A stretch of DNA of 64,000 nt from a virus. The first letter of the stretch is position 1. Each line of letters starts with the position of its first letter. The stretch is from the IMG/VR virus record IMGVR_UViG_3300021442_000581, positions 6,218 through 70,217 of that record; one strand, given 5' to 3'. The notes beneath the pieces were generated by a model. It was given only the letters and a program-made list of their open reading frames with translations, was not told where the DNA came from and did not search any database. The position numbers and the translations under genes are program-made. Below, one piece after another: positions 40,947-50,202 of this stretch.

Positions 40947-41918
40947 ATGTACAATTTAGGTTATTTACGTCAAATAGACGTTAACATTACAGACCTCTGT
41001 AATAAAACATGTAGTTTTTGTCCTAGACATAGCAAAGACGTATATCCAAACAACAACGAAAACATTTCTATTGAGCTTTTTACTAAAATAATAGACGAGT
41101 GTAACGAGCAAGGATTTGAAGGGGATATTATGTTATGTGGTAGAAGCGAACCAACTATGCATCCTCAATACGAAGAAATATTTGATCTTCTTACTCAAGA
41201 CGGAAAAACTTGGAATGCGTGTATAACAACAAATGGTTATAAACTAGAAAAATATTGGGATAGATACTACAATAAATTAGATGGTATGATTTTGAATACA
41301 TACACTACTAGACGGGATTACGAAGATAGAGTACAAAAATACGGTTATGATTTAAAAAGCAATCACAAGAGATTTGGAGTTGAACAGTATTTCAAACCCG
41401 ATGGTCAAACTGTTCAAGAAATAAATTCTAGTGCAAATAGGTTTCAAATTCCAGATGGACCAGGACGCTGGTATAAGCATGACTTTAATAGCAGATGTGG
41501 CATACAGGAACATTCAGAAAAGGCTGATACTAGATGGCGTAAATTGCCGTGTAGTCATACTTTAGACTTGTTATTTTTAAACTTTGATGGTAAAATTCAC
41601 ATGTGTTGCAATGATTGGGGTCCAGGTGGAGGTAAGGGTCAGACAGAAGTCGGAGAGTATGTTACAAAAAATATTTTTTATGCTTATAGAAAAAATAAAA
41701 AACGAGCTGAAATTACGCATCATCTTTTAAACGGAAGACGGAACATGATGGAAGCTTGTACTAACTGTACTATGACCACAGATTCTCAAGAACACTGTAA
41801 GAGTGCTAAAGAAGATTGGCAATTACAAAATTATATGGCTAAATTAATACAGTCGAAGGATGAATATTACCACGATGAGGATTCTCTAAAGGTGATACCA
41901 TGGGGTGATGAAAAATAA
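40947..41918 (+). CDS. Radical SAM / SPASM domain protein
   Basis: CNKTCSFC, EP.MHP, TTNG, C...DG....CCND...C..C. Confidence 0.88.
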   Translation: MYNLGYLRQIDVNITDLCNKTCSFCPRHSKDVYPNNNENISIELFTKIIDECNEQGFEGDIMLCGRSEPTMHPQYEEIFDLLTQDGKTWNACITTNGYKLEKYWDRYYNKLDGMILNTYTTRRDYEDRVQKYGYDLKSNHKRFGVEQYFKPDGQTVQEINSSANRFQIPDGPGRWYKHDFNSRCGIQEHSEKADTRWRKLPCSHTLDLLFLNFDGKIHMCCNDWGPGGGKGQTEVGEYVTKNIFYAYRKNKKRAEITHHLLNGRRNMMEACTNCTMTTDSQEHCKSAKEDWQLQNYMAKLIQSKDEYYHDEDSLKVIPWGDEK

Positions 41919-41928
41919 TGAAAAAAAG

Positions 41929-41961
41929 CATGTACATGTACCGGTTTTTTGTATTATATTC
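41929..41961 (+). promoter_or_regulatory. Phage promoter CATGTAC-N19-TATATTC (copy 2)
   Basis: CATGTACATGTACCGGTTTTTTGTATTATATTC; ATG 6 nt after the TATATT box. Confidence 0.75.
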
Positions 41962-41966
41962 AAGCT

Positions 41967-42212
41967 ATGAATACATATTATATATTATTAACTGATGATG
42001 GGCCGGATGAATTAATGTTTGATAGTAATATATTGGGTCAAGAGAGTTTTGGTACATTCTATGCAGAAAGAGGAATGAAATCACTGTATGATATATTGGA
42101 TAAGCATCCAGAATTGGTTTCTGAAGTTGAAATAGTTACAGATACAGGTGTACATTTTACTATTACAGAGTTTATGGATAAATTAAATGATTGGCGGTTA
42201 CTATTTAATTAG
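41967..42212 (+). CDS. Hypothetical protein (probably leaderless)
   Basis: ATG immediately after the promoter motif. Confidence 0.65.
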   Translation: MNTYYILLTDDGPDELMFDSNILGQESFGTFYAERGMKSLYDILDKHPELVSEVEIVTDTGVHFTITEFMDKLNDWRLLFN

Positions 42213-42221
42213 GAGAATGCA

Positions 42222-42392
42222 ATGAACCAACATTGGCAAAAATATGCAGAAGAATTTGAAGACTTAGAAGAACGTGAAATAAGAAAAGCGTATAAAAATA
42301 GGCCTGGTAAAAAATTAGATCATAAACAAGAAAAGAAACTAAAGGAGAGAAAGAAAAATGAAGTTCAATATCCTAAAAAATCTAAGCGTTAG
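42222..42392 (+). CDS. Small charged hypothetical protein (56 aa)
   Basis: AGGAG RBS; MNQHWQKYAEEFEDL...KSKR*; below the ORF-track cutoff. Confidence 0.55.
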   Translation: MNQHWQKYAEEFEDLEEREIRKAYKNRPGKKLDHKQEKKLKERKKNEVQYPKKSKR

Positions 42393-42873
42393 TGCGATAT
42401 TACTGCTTACAATCGGTTGTGAGAAAGAACAACCATACGAACCGGTTGATGATTTACATGGAACAGTATATGTTACAGTTGAATATGTAGATGAGATCGT
42501 ATTAAACACTAATTCGTGGCAGACTCTAAAAACTATTTGGGGAATATTAGAGTCTGACATGGATGTATCGTATGTAAGGGTTGAGTGGAGCTCTAACATG
42601 TTTTGGGTTATAGGTGATACTACTGGTTATTTTAAGACTGACTGTAGAACGTGCAATACCGGTACTTGGTATGATACTGATGGAACTACTGAGTACATGA
42701 GTTACGATTTTAATTCTATGTCACCAGTTACAAATCAAATATCTATTGCAGATAATTTGGGGCAATTCGGAAATGTATTGGCTCCAGTTCGATCGATGAA
42801 AGGGGATGTTATGACGCTTTGGTGGAACATTGGAACTTCATATATTGATTCAATGGAGGTAGCATTAAATTGA
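42358..42873 (+). CDS. Putative lipoprotein
   Basis: Signal peptide with lipobox-like LTIG-C. Confidence 0.65.
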   Translation: MKFNILKNLSVSAILLLTIGCEKEQPYEPVDDLHGTVYVTVEYVDEIVLNTNSWQTLKTIWGILESDMDVSYVRVEWSSNMFWVIGDTTGYFKTDCRTCNTGTWYDTDGTTEYMSYDFNSMSPVTNQISIADNLGQFGNVLAPVRSMKGDVMTLWWNIGTSYIDSMEVALN

Positions 42874-43133
42874 CATTTGTATTAATAGACAAGCAAGGTA
42901 ATATAGTTGATCGGTATAATACATCAACAAAAGATGAAGCTAAGCATTATTTTGTAGGAAGAAAACAATTAGAGGAAAAAGCATTTGACAAGCTTTGGAA
43001 TGTAATATCCGATGAAGAACACGAATCAAGAGTGAGAAGTGGATTATACAAAAAATTAAAAGGTGAACCCAACCGGTACAATAAACTTGGTGATGGGGAA
43101 TTTGGAGACTGGTTAGATATGGAGAAATCATAA
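42870..43133 (+). CDS. Hypothetical protein
   Basis: TTG start after GGAGG; coupled to neighbours. Confidence 0.6.
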   Translation: MTFVLIDKQGNIVDRYNTSTKDEAKHYFVGRKQLEEKAFDKLWNVISDEEHESRVRSGLYKKLKGEPNRYNKLGDGEFGDWLDMEKS

Positions 43134-43489
43134 TGTATAATGTGGCAGGTAAAGTGTGGGGTAAAACTGCAGAAATATTTTCAAATCATAATTTTGAAGT
43201 ACATAGAATAGAAGTCAATAAGGGTGGTTTTTGCTCTAAGCATAAACATGTTCATAAGTTTAATGCATTTTATATGGAGAAGGGTACTTTAGAAATTACT
43301 GTTTATAAGAATGATTATGATTTAGTTGATAAAACAGTTATTAATACGGGTCAAATAGCGATAGCAAAACCTGGAGAGTTTCACGAATTTAAAGCACTAA
43401 CAGATTGTATTTGTTATGAAATTTATTGGGTAGAATTAAATCATCAAGACATTGAACGTGAATCTGTTGGTGGCATACCTAAAAAATGA
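43133..43489 (+). CDS. Cupin (mannose-6-phosphate isomerase-like)
   Basis: KVWG, CSKHKH..K.N.F, PGEFHEF. Confidence 0.8.
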   Translation: MYNVAGKVWGKTAEIFSNHNFEVHRIEVNKGGFCSKHKHVHKFNAFYMEKGTLEITVYKNDYDLVDKTVINTGQIAIAKPGEFHEFKALTDCICYEIYWVELNHQDIERESVGGIPKK

Positions 43490-44163
43490 AAATTTTTATA
43501 GGGTTTGATTCCAACTACCCGCATGTTTATCAAGTATGTCGAAGATCTATTGAAAGATATTCTGCTGAACATGAAATAATTCCAATTAGTAGACAAAAAT
43601 TAATTGATGATGGATTATATTGGAGAGATCCGGTTTCTGGAGAGTCTACGGAATTTGCATTCACTAGATTTTTAGTACCATATTTATCAAATTACGAAGG
43701 TACGTCTTTATTTTGTGATCATGATTTTATGTGGAGATGTGATCCGGAGGAACTTACTAGATTTTGGCCTCGCAGACGAGATGTGGGTCAGCATGATGTA
43801 GATTTAATGATGGTTAAGCATCAATTATCAGATAAGGTTATTTACGAAGAAAAAATGAGTGGAATATCTAATAAGTCATATCCAAAAAAATGTTGGACTT
43901 CATTAATGTTTTTTAAGAATAAGAGATTTACGCACATGACACCCGAATATGTTAACACTACTTCACCGTCTGATTTACATGAGGTGGCTTGGTGCGATGA
44001 GGGTAAGATTGCGGATTTACCATTGAGTTACAATTATTTAGTTGGATATTATGAAATGAAAAATCCAAGAGCAGTGCATTATACCAATGGAGGTCCATGG
44101 TTGAATGAATATAAAACTGAGGAATTTGCAAAAGAATGGTTCGAGATTTCAAAAAGCTTATAA
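43486..44163 (+). CDS. GT8-like glycosyltransferase
   Basis: IFIGFD, STEFAFTRFLVP, FCDHDF, YPKKCW.S, YNYLVG, HYTNGGPW. Confidence 0.85.
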   Translation: MKIFIGFDSNYPHVYQVCRRSIERYSAEHEIIPISRQKLIDDGLYWRDPVSGESTEFAFTRFLVPYLSNYEGTSLFCDHDFMWRCDPEELTRFWPRRRDVGQHDVDLMMVKHQLSDKVIYEEKMSGISNKSYPKKCWTSLMFFKNKRFTHMTPEYVNTTSPSDLHEVAWCDEGKIADLPLSYNYLVGYYEMKNPRAVHYTNGGPWLNEYKTEEFAKEWFEISKSL

Positions 44164-44897
44164 AAAATAAGAAAATACTACTTGTTGGTAATTCTGTTGA
44201 AATGATGAAACATAGAAAGGGTGGAAACCTCGGAAGATGGATAGATGATTTTCCAGGACCGGTCCTCAGGTTTGGTATGGGTTTACCTGTGTCAGACACG
44301 GTGATCGATGCAACTGGTAGACGAACAGATATATGGGTTGCCGGTGCATTTAGACTTGGAATGTGGTATCAATATGGCAATACACTTTTAAAGGATACAT
44401 TTGTACTTTTTAATCGCAATCGTATTCATTTAGATAAGAGTGCTGATCGGGATTGGGAAAATGGTAGACGTGGTCCAGGAACCATACGTAATATACCGTA
44501 TATGGATACGTGGAGTGATGAAGAGTTGCTGGATATTTATAAGGAATTTGGATATACTCCAAATGTTGGTAATGCAGTAAGACCGTCTAGTGGATTTTTG
44601 ACAATACTGTGGTTTATACGGAAGATGAAAATTTATAAGCAGTTACATTTGATAGGTTTTGATGCGTTTGCTAAGGTTACTGAAAAAATAAGACATCCGA
44701 ATACTAAGTCTCCTCCATTCAGTTGGCATTTACCAATATCAACAGGAGAACATCCACATAATGCGCCATTAGAAAAGCATGTATTGACCAAGTTACGAGA
44801 TGATAATGAATTGAAGTGGCACATACTTTCAGATTTAAAGGACGAGAAAATAACATATTCTCAATGGCATCCATTAGACAAGAGGGCTAAAAAGTGA
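44136..44897 (+). CDS. GT29-like sialyltransferase-fold protein
   Basis: ILLVGNS...ID....VLRF......TG.RTD, RPSSG, LIGFD, H....E (sialylmotif-like). Confidence 0.65.
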   Translation: MVRDFKKLIKNKKILLVGNSVEMMKHRKGGNLGRWIDDFPGPVLRFGMGLPVSDTVIDATGRRTDIWVAGAFRLGMWYQYGNTLLKDTFVLFNRNRIHLDKSADRDWENGRRGPGTIRNIPYMDTWSDEELLDIYKEFGYTPNVGNAVRPSSGFLTILWFIRKMKIYKQLHLIGFDAFAKVTEKIRHPNTKSPPFSWHLPISTGEHPHNAPLEKHVLTKLRDDNELKWHILSDLKDEKITYSQWHPLDKRAKK

Positions 44898-45076
44898 AAA
44901 AAATAAGACATAGTAGATTACCAATTACATTAGAAAGCTCAGATAGATTAACAACCGATATGCTAGAGGCTATCGAATTTAATATCTCATTAGGGTGGGA
45001 TAAATGGGTTGATGAATATGGAGAATGGTTTAATCCGTATAAACTAGATCCAAATCAATTGGAGTTATTTAAATGA
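44894..45076 (+). CDS. Hypothetical protein
   Basis: 60 aa, coupled on both sides. Confidence 0.55.
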   Translation: MKKIRHSRLPITLESSDRLTTDMLEAIEFNISLGWDKWVDEYGEWFNPYKLDPNQLELFK

Positions 45077-45789
45077 AAATAATAGCAGGACCATGTGCAA
45101 TAGAAAGTAGTGATATGGCTCAGATTACAGCTGACTATATTTCACTAATAGCAGATGAATTTCCAGAACACGAATTCGTATACAAATCATCTTATGATAA
45201 AGCAAATCGTACGAGTATAGATTCTAAACGTGGTATAGGAATGGACGAAGGTCTTAGGATACTTGAAGATGTTGGAAATAAATTTGATCTTAAGTTGACC
45301 ACTGATGTTCATGAAACTGATCAAGTTGAAGCGGTTGCTCAAGTTGTAGATGAGATTCAAATTCCGGCTTTACTAAGTAGACAGACGGATTTGATTGTTA
45401 CATCAGCTAAAACTGGAAAGTGGGTTAATATTAAGAGATCACAATCTGCATCTGGAATGGACGCAGCAACAATGATAGAAAAATGTCATAGAGTAGACAA
45501 CGAAAATGTACAGATGATCGAAAGAGGAAGTTCAGTTTTAAACGATTTGGTTATAGATTGGAGAAATGTAATTGACATGCAATTATTAAAAAATTGTAAA
45601 GTTATTGTAGATATAACACATCCTCATGGTCCAATGTATGCATCGTATTATGCGAAAATGGCGAATGCTTTGGATGTAGACGGGTTATTTATGGAAGTTC
45701 ATCCGGATCCATTAAAGGGACATTCTGATGGTACAAAAATGATAGATTTTGATATGTTTAAAGATATTGTTCAAAGTGTTACAGTGTAA
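45073..45789 (+). CDS. kdsA: KDO 8-phosphate synthase
   Basis: IAGPCAIES, YKSSYDKANRTS, TTDVHE, QIPALLSRQTDL, FMEVHPDP....SDG. Confidence 0.88.
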   Translation: MKIIAGPCAIESSDMAQITADYISLIADEFPEHEFVYKSSYDKANRTSIDSKRGIGMDEGLRILEDVGNKFDLKLTTDVHETDQVEAVAQVVDEIQIPALLSRQTDLIVTSAKTGKWVNIKRSQSASGMDAATMIEKCHRVDNENVQMIERGSSVLNDLVIDWRNVIDMQLLKNCKVIVDITHPHGPMYASYYAKMANALDVDGLFMEVHPDPLKGHSDGTKMIDFDMFKDIVQSVTV

Positions 45790-45825
45790 CAAAACTTAAC
45801 ACTCAAGTGTAACAGTAATGTTACA
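45777..45825. promoter_or_regulatory. Paired TGTTACA/TGTAACA palindromes (candidate enhancer-binding sites)
   Basis: TGTTACA-G-TGTAACA (45777-91) and TGTAACA-GTAA-TGTTACA (45808-25), upstream of the sigma54 site. Confidence 0.5.
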
Positions 45826-45844
45826 GTCATAAAATGTTAAAATA

Positions 45845-45870
45845 ACGGAAGCTTAAAAACTTCCGTTTTT
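45845..45870 (+). terminator. Intrinsic terminator after kdsA
   Basis: ACGGAAG-loop-CTTCCGT followed by a T run. Confidence 0.65.
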
Positions 45871-45960
45871 GGTTTTTATTCGAAAATAAATCACTCCCTA
45901 AATCCAATATTATCAAACATATATAACTTCATAAAAAAATAATTCCCCCAGGAGTAGGCT

Positions 45961-45977
45961 TTGGCATACTTTTTGCA
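45961..45977 (+). promoter_or_regulatory. Sigma54 (-24/-12) promoter
   Basis: TTGGCATACTTTTTGCA: GG-N10-GC matching TGGCAC-N5-TTGCW. Confidence 0.75.
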
Positions 45978-46042
45978 TCCTATACTATAGGAAGAGACAA
46001 TTAAAGTCGCTTCAAATTAACAAAAGTCATAGGAGAACAAAA

Positions 46043-46681
46043 ATGTTCAAAAACCTACTTAAAAAAATAAAGAGTACCAGAGGTAATTCACTTGCTGAAT
46101 TTGCTGTTACTACCGCAATGATGGCTACATTAGCAACAACTGCAGCTCCAAAATTTGGTGGTGTGGGTGCTGGTGCTAAAGAGAAAAAATCAATGAATAA
46201 CATTGATAAGATCCTTACAGTGGCCAATAATTTTTATAACCAAACATTATCTGAAGAAGGAAAAGGTCGGTTTCCTGGTCAATCTAAGTACGATTCACCT
46301 GTAGGTGGAATTGAGCTAGAAGACGGACAATCAACTGATGAAGCTCTAGAAGCATATATTGAAACAATTCTTGAAGACAAAGTATCATATACATCTGAGC
46401 TTGGTGAATTCGTTTACGTATTCTCAACTGCAGCTGATGATGAAGATGCTTTACAAGGTGACTGGATGAACTTAGAAACATCTGTTGTTTATGATTCTGA
46501 CGGTGCTTTGGATATTAAAAAGAATTTTGGTAACTCAGGTATGAAATCACCATTTCAGGACGGTTCATACGCTTACTTAGTTATTCCAGGTTCTGGTTCA
46601 GGTACATCTGCACAATCACCAGCAATGGTAGTGATAGATACTGAAAATCCATCTTCATTAAAGAAAACATTAGTTCCTTAA
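46043..46681 (+). CDS. Type IV pilin-like protein
   Basis: Basic leader, G|NSLAEF (E5), hydrophobic helix ending APKF. Confidence 0.8.
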   Translation: MFKNLLKKIKSTRGNSLAEFAVTTAMMATLATTAAPKFGGVGAGAKEKKSMNNIDKILTVANNFYNQTLSEEGKGRFPGQSKYDSPVGGIELEDGQSTDEALEAYIETILEDKVSYTSELGEFVYVFSTAADDEDALQGDWMNLETSVVYDSDGALDIKKNFGNSGMKSPFQDGSYAYLVIPGSGSGTSAQSPAMVVIDTENPSSLKKTLVP

Positions 46682-46734
46682 GACATAAGATTTTTTTAAC
46701 CAACCAAATTGAACAATAGTTCAGGAAAGGAATC

Positions 46735-47175
46735 ATGAAGAACATATTAAAAAACACACAGAAGGGTTTCACATTGATTGAGCTCGTAATGGTCACGATC
46801 ATTCTTGGAATCTTAGCAGCTGTAGCGATACCACGGTATCAAAACACGGTTGATTCTGCAGAAGAAGCAACTGAAAAGGCATTTGTTGATCTGATATGGG
46901 CTGGTTTGGAACAAGAAGCAAGTAAGAGATTAATGGCAACAGGTGTAGAATCCTGGCCGTATAATCCATTATCTGTAATAGGAAGAAGTCGCAATGTTAT
47001 TGTAACGTTGTATGATGGAACCCCAGATGAAGATGATGAGTGGCAGTTTAGTGTTGACGCAGTAAGCGTTCCCTCACTATTTCATCACAGACGTAACGAT
47101 GAAATCTATTACTACACTTATGACTCAACCACGTTTGAATTGGCTGAATTGCCAGTTTTATACACTAACGAGTAA
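46735..47175 (+). CDS. Type IV pilin / pseudopilin
   Basis: QKG|FTLIELVMVTIILGILAAVAIPRY canonical prepilin motif. Confidence 0.92.
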   Translation: MKNILKNTQKGFTLIELVMVTIILGILAAVAIPRYQNTVDSAEEATEKAFVDLIWAGLEQEASKRLMATGVESWPYNPLSVIGRSRNVIVTLYDGTPDEDDEWQFSVDAVSVPSLFHHRRNDEIYYYTYDSTTFELAELPVLYTNE

Positions 47176-47177
47176 TT

Positions 47178-47214
47178 AATAGGGGATTTGGTCTCCCTTA
47201 TCCCCTATTTTTTT
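47178..47214 (+). terminator. Intrinsic terminator closing the pilin cassette
   Basis: AATAGGGGAT/ATCCCCTATT followed by a T run. Confidence 0.8.
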
Positions 47215-47274
47215 ATAGTTATTTATGTGAGACCAATGCACACATATAGAGCACGAAACGATAACGAAAGAAAA

Positions 47275-47742
47275 ATGAATACAAAATTAGGATATTTTCC
47301 GCAAAATAAACAAGAAGATAAAGAAGTCTTTATTGAAATAGGTTTAATAGCCGCAATCGTAATAGTACTAGGAATAACATTTTTAGGCGAAAAACATGAA
47401 GGTTCAGTAGGATTAGAACCTTCCATGGAAGAATTTTATGAACATCCACTGCAGGCTTGGCAGTCTACGGACAGTAAAGGTCAAGTTGTTAGAGTTCGGT
47501 ATGCTGTACAGAGAGAAAACACTAAATTGTACATGGTTAATACTGCTGGAAAAGTTGTTCACAAACAACCATTATCATTGAACCGATACAAAGATGGTAG
47601 AGATAGGATTGAAACGTATGTTTGGAGATTATACAGAACAGAGTGGACCGATAATATTAGTCCAGGATCATATCAAATAATAGTTGGTACTACATCTGAT
47701 GGTTATAGAAATGGTCTTAGGACTGAAATAAACATACAATGA
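47275..47742 (+). CDS. Membrane-anchored hypothetical protein
   Basis: Single N-terminal TM helix IGLIAAIVIVLGITFL; start approximate. Confidence 0.6.
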   Translation: MNTKLGYFPQNKQEDKEVFIEIGLIAAIVIVLGITFLGEKHEGSVGLEPSMEEFYEHPLQAWQSTDSKGQVVRVRYAVQRENTKLYMVNTAGKVVHKQPLSLNRYKDGRDRIETYVWRLYRTEWTDNISPGSYQIIVGTTSDGYRNGLRTEINIQ

Positions 47743-48329
47743 AATATTTAGCACTTATATTTCTAATAAGTGTTATGTTCCCACAAGAAAAATACAATGG
47801 GCATTTTAGAGGACGTCCATGTGATGATACAGAGGTCAGAGGATATTCAGGATTACCTGCTTGGAAAAACTATGGTGAATGGTTAAGTGAATGTGATTCG
47901 ATAGCATCGGCTTGGGAAGATTCTACATTTGCTATTATTCTTAAAGAACGGAACATAAAACGATTAGAAGAAGAAAAACGTCGCGAAGAAGAAATCGCAG
48001 CTATTGATCTTGATGCAGAATTAGATATGGATGCTATGTGGGATAATACTGTTTGGAACGAGATTACAGAGATTGGTGAAGAATATGTTGGTGAGGTAGA
48101 ACAGATAACAGCAGTCGCTGGTGTACGGGGAGCAGAAGCAGAAGATGAAGCGTTACATCATTTGTATTATCGGCGAAGTATGAGGGGAATTTCACAAGCA
48201 GACTATAGAAAGGCTTACGGTAAGTTACGAAACAAAAGAGATGTGTTATACGAAAAAAATCCAGAACATCCCAAATTGGAACGAATAGATTTATTACTTT
48301 TAGAGTTGAAAAATAAAATACAAGTGTAG
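47739..48329 (+). CDS. Secreted hypothetical protein
   Basis: Signal peptide MKYLALIFLISVMFPQ; TAVAGVRGAE motif. Confidence 0.6.
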   Translation: MKYLALIFLISVMFPQEKYNGHFRGRPCDDTEVRGYSGLPAWKNYGEWLSECDSIASAWEDSTFAIILKERNIKRLEEEKRREEEIAAIDLDAELDMDAMWDNTVWNEITEIGEEYVGEVEQITAVAGVRGAEAEDEALHHLYYRRSMRGISQADYRKAYGKLRNKRDVLYEKNPEHPKLERIDLLLLELKNKIQV

Positions 48330-48330
48330 A

Positions 48331-48519
48331 TTATTTAAGATACTTGTTTATTTTGTTTTCTATTTTATCTGCAAGGTCGTATTTGATGCAAATTAATATA
48401 ACCATAATGATAATGATTTCTTTTTTCCATGGATCCGGAGGTATGGCTACTTCTAATGCAATAATAGAAGCAGCGCAAATTTGAAATAATAGTAGTATGT
48501 ATTTCTTCATATCTTTCAT
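48331..48519 (-). CDS. Small two-TM membrane protein
   Basis: 62 aa; TATTTATA upstream on the minus strand. Confidence 0.55.
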   Translation of the reverse strand: MKDMKKYILLLFQICAASIIALEVAIPPDPWKKEIIIIMVILICIKYDLADKIENKINKYLK

Positions 48520-48639
48520 GCGTATAAATAGTATTATTTTTGCTTTCTAAGATAACTAAAGATCCATATACAAAAGATCATTAAAGTTATCATTACTATA
48601 GCATCCAATTGAGAATGTTGTACCATGATATGTGTAGTG

Positions 48640-48678
48640 GAAGGCGGTGCTACACTGTTAGATGGAGCACCGCTTTAG
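48640..48678 (-). terminator. Terminator-like hairpin
   Basis: AGGCGGTGCT/AGCACCGCTT inverted repeat downstream of the 48685 gene. Confidence 0.55.
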
Positions 48679-48684
48679 TCTTCC

Positions 48685-48906
48685 TTACTTCCGGAACAAA
48701 CCTACTAACAGCAATAAAGCGACTAATCCAACAAATCCGTTTTCGCCGAATTTTGAGAGAATCGCCATTAGGTTTGCGATAACATTTACGCCGAAAATAC
48801 CACTGCCAAAGAGGACTTCTGACATGGCTCCGACTGCCACAAAGGACATGAGTAGAGTGACTAAGTCATCTATCCAGCCTTTGACAGTTGTTATGATTTC
48901 CTTCAT
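48685..48906 (-). CDS. Small hydrophobic membrane protein
   Basis: Start MKEIITTVKGW after GGAG; ends GFVGLVALLLLVGLFRK. Confidence 0.75.
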   Translation of the reverse strand: MKEIITTVKGWIDDLVTLLMSFVAVGAMSEVLFGSGIFGVNVIANLMAILSKFGENGFVGLVALLLLVGLFRK

Positions 48907-49016
48907 TATTATCTCCATTGTTGTTCCAAATGAAAAAGACTTGTCACTATCTGAAACGAAGTAACAAGTCCTCATTATATAAGTATGTTTCCTCGATTCC
49001 AAAAGTATTTATTGAT

Positions 49017-49169
49017 ATGAATAGTGAACATTATAGAAAACTTCATGAAATGATCGCAACAGCTCTTGATGCGCACCAGTTAGCAGATTGGTCCAATAAA
49101 ACAGCTAGAGAAATGATTACCAAAATGATAATTAAGAAGTTTAAGGAGTATATGGATGTCTACGAATAA
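49017..49169 (+). CDS. Hypothetical protein
   Basis: ATG 49017 just after TATTTAT. Confidence 0.5.
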   Translation: MNSEHYRKLHEMIATALDAHQLADWSNKTAREMITKMIIKKFKEYMDVYE

Positions 49170-49413
49170 CAAATTTACTAGAGATAGAATCTACATGGTT
49201 GATGGTGAAACACTTAACAATTTACATAAAGTATGCGAATATCTAAAGGGATGTAGACCTGAACATAAGGATCTTATAAACAAATTAATTCAAGATTTAT
49301 TGCAGTGTTCTGTTTTTGATTTTGAAGATAGTGAATGGGATTCAATAGATGAATATGAATTTGTTAAAATGCTTCATCATATAGGAATAGTACCGTATAG
49401 CGAACGTAATTAA
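49156..49413 (+). CDS. Hypothetical protein
   Basis: 85-aa ORF with AAGGAG upstream. Confidence 0.6.
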   Translation: MSTNNKFTRDRIYMVDGETLNNLHKVCEYLKGCRPEHKDLINKLIQDLLQCSVFDFEDSEWDSIDEYEFVKMLHHIGIVPYSERN

Positions 49414-49532
49414 AATGATTCGAAAACTTATCACTTGGTTCAAATTGAAATTACCAAAAAGAAAAGTTTTTCATCATGCGATAAGTAAAATGCCATATTA
49501 TGGTGAATTTATCGGAGAATAGTGAAAATAAA

Positions 49533-49565
49533 CATGTACATTAACCGGTTTTTGTTTGTATATTC
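49533..49565 (+). promoter_or_regulatory. Phage promoter CATGTAC-N19-TATATTC (copy 3)
   Basis: CATGTACATTAACCGGTTTTTGTTTGTATATTC. Confidence 0.75.
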
Positions 49566-49607
49566 TACTATAACAATTAACTAATAAATAATAAACTTGA
49601 GGTTACT

Positions 49608-49700
49608 ATGACAACAATACTTTATATCTTAACAATCATCGCTTATCTGTGGATAGGCATAAAAGATCCTGCTGGATTAATGCCAAAGGCGGTAAAATAA
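49608..49700 (+). CDS. 30-aa single-TM micropeptide
   Basis: GAGG RBS; MTTILYILTIIAYLWIGIKDPAGLMPKAVK*; stop overlaps the next ATG. Confidence 0.55.
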   Translation: MTTILYILTIIAYLWIGIKDPAGLMPKAVK

Positions 49701-50041
49701 TGGCTAGAGAACATACATTTTTAAGCCCATGGGGAATTAAGTGGGAATTAACAGGTGATATTCTAGATAGAATTGACGTTTATGATCATGTTGAAACTGT
49801 AACTGGTTTCGATGAAAAGGGAAATGAATGGGAAGGTTCTGGATTGGTCAGCTGTGGGGATCTTGTAGAGGTTGATGATGCTGTTGAAATCAAACCAATG
49901 GCTACGGTTAATCCTGAATTTGTGAAGGAAGGTTTTGATTGGAACACTCCGATTAAGGATCAAAAATGGTATAATACTGAATTTGTTTCTACAGAAATAG
50001 ATCTTGATCGTGATGTTCCACATTCAAGCTTTGATGAATAA
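49700..50041 (+). CDS. Hypothetical acidic protein
   Basis: ATG 49700 coupled to the micropeptide stop. Confidence 0.6.
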   Translation: MAREHTFLSPWGIKWELTGDILDRIDVYDHVETVTGFDEKGNEWEGSGLVSCGDLVEVDDAVEIKPMATVNPEFVKEGFDWNTPIKDQKWYNTEFVSTEIDLDRDVPHSSFDE

Positions 50042-50044
50042 TAT

Positions 50045-50117
50045 GTACCGGTACCCGAGTGGCTAAGGGGACGGATTGCAACCCCGTTATTCGTCAGTTC
50101 GATTCTGACCCGGTACT
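50045..50117 (+). tRNA. tRNA-Cys(GCA)
   Basis: GTACCGG/CCGGTAC acceptor, U73 discriminator, loop TTGCAAC, GTTCGATTC. Confidence 0.9.
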
Positions 50118-50121
50118 CAAT

Positions 50122-50201
50122 GAGTGCGTAGCCCGATTTGGAAAGGGGGCGGACTGTAAATCCGTTTAACCATCAAGTAGGTTCGAATCCTACCGCACTC
50201 A
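50122..50201 (+). tRNA. tRNA-Tyr(GUA)
   Basis: GAGTGCG/CGCACTC acceptor; GCGGA-CTGTAAA-TCCGT; 11-nt variable region; GTTCGAATCC. Confidence 0.9.
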
Positions 50202-50202
50202 C

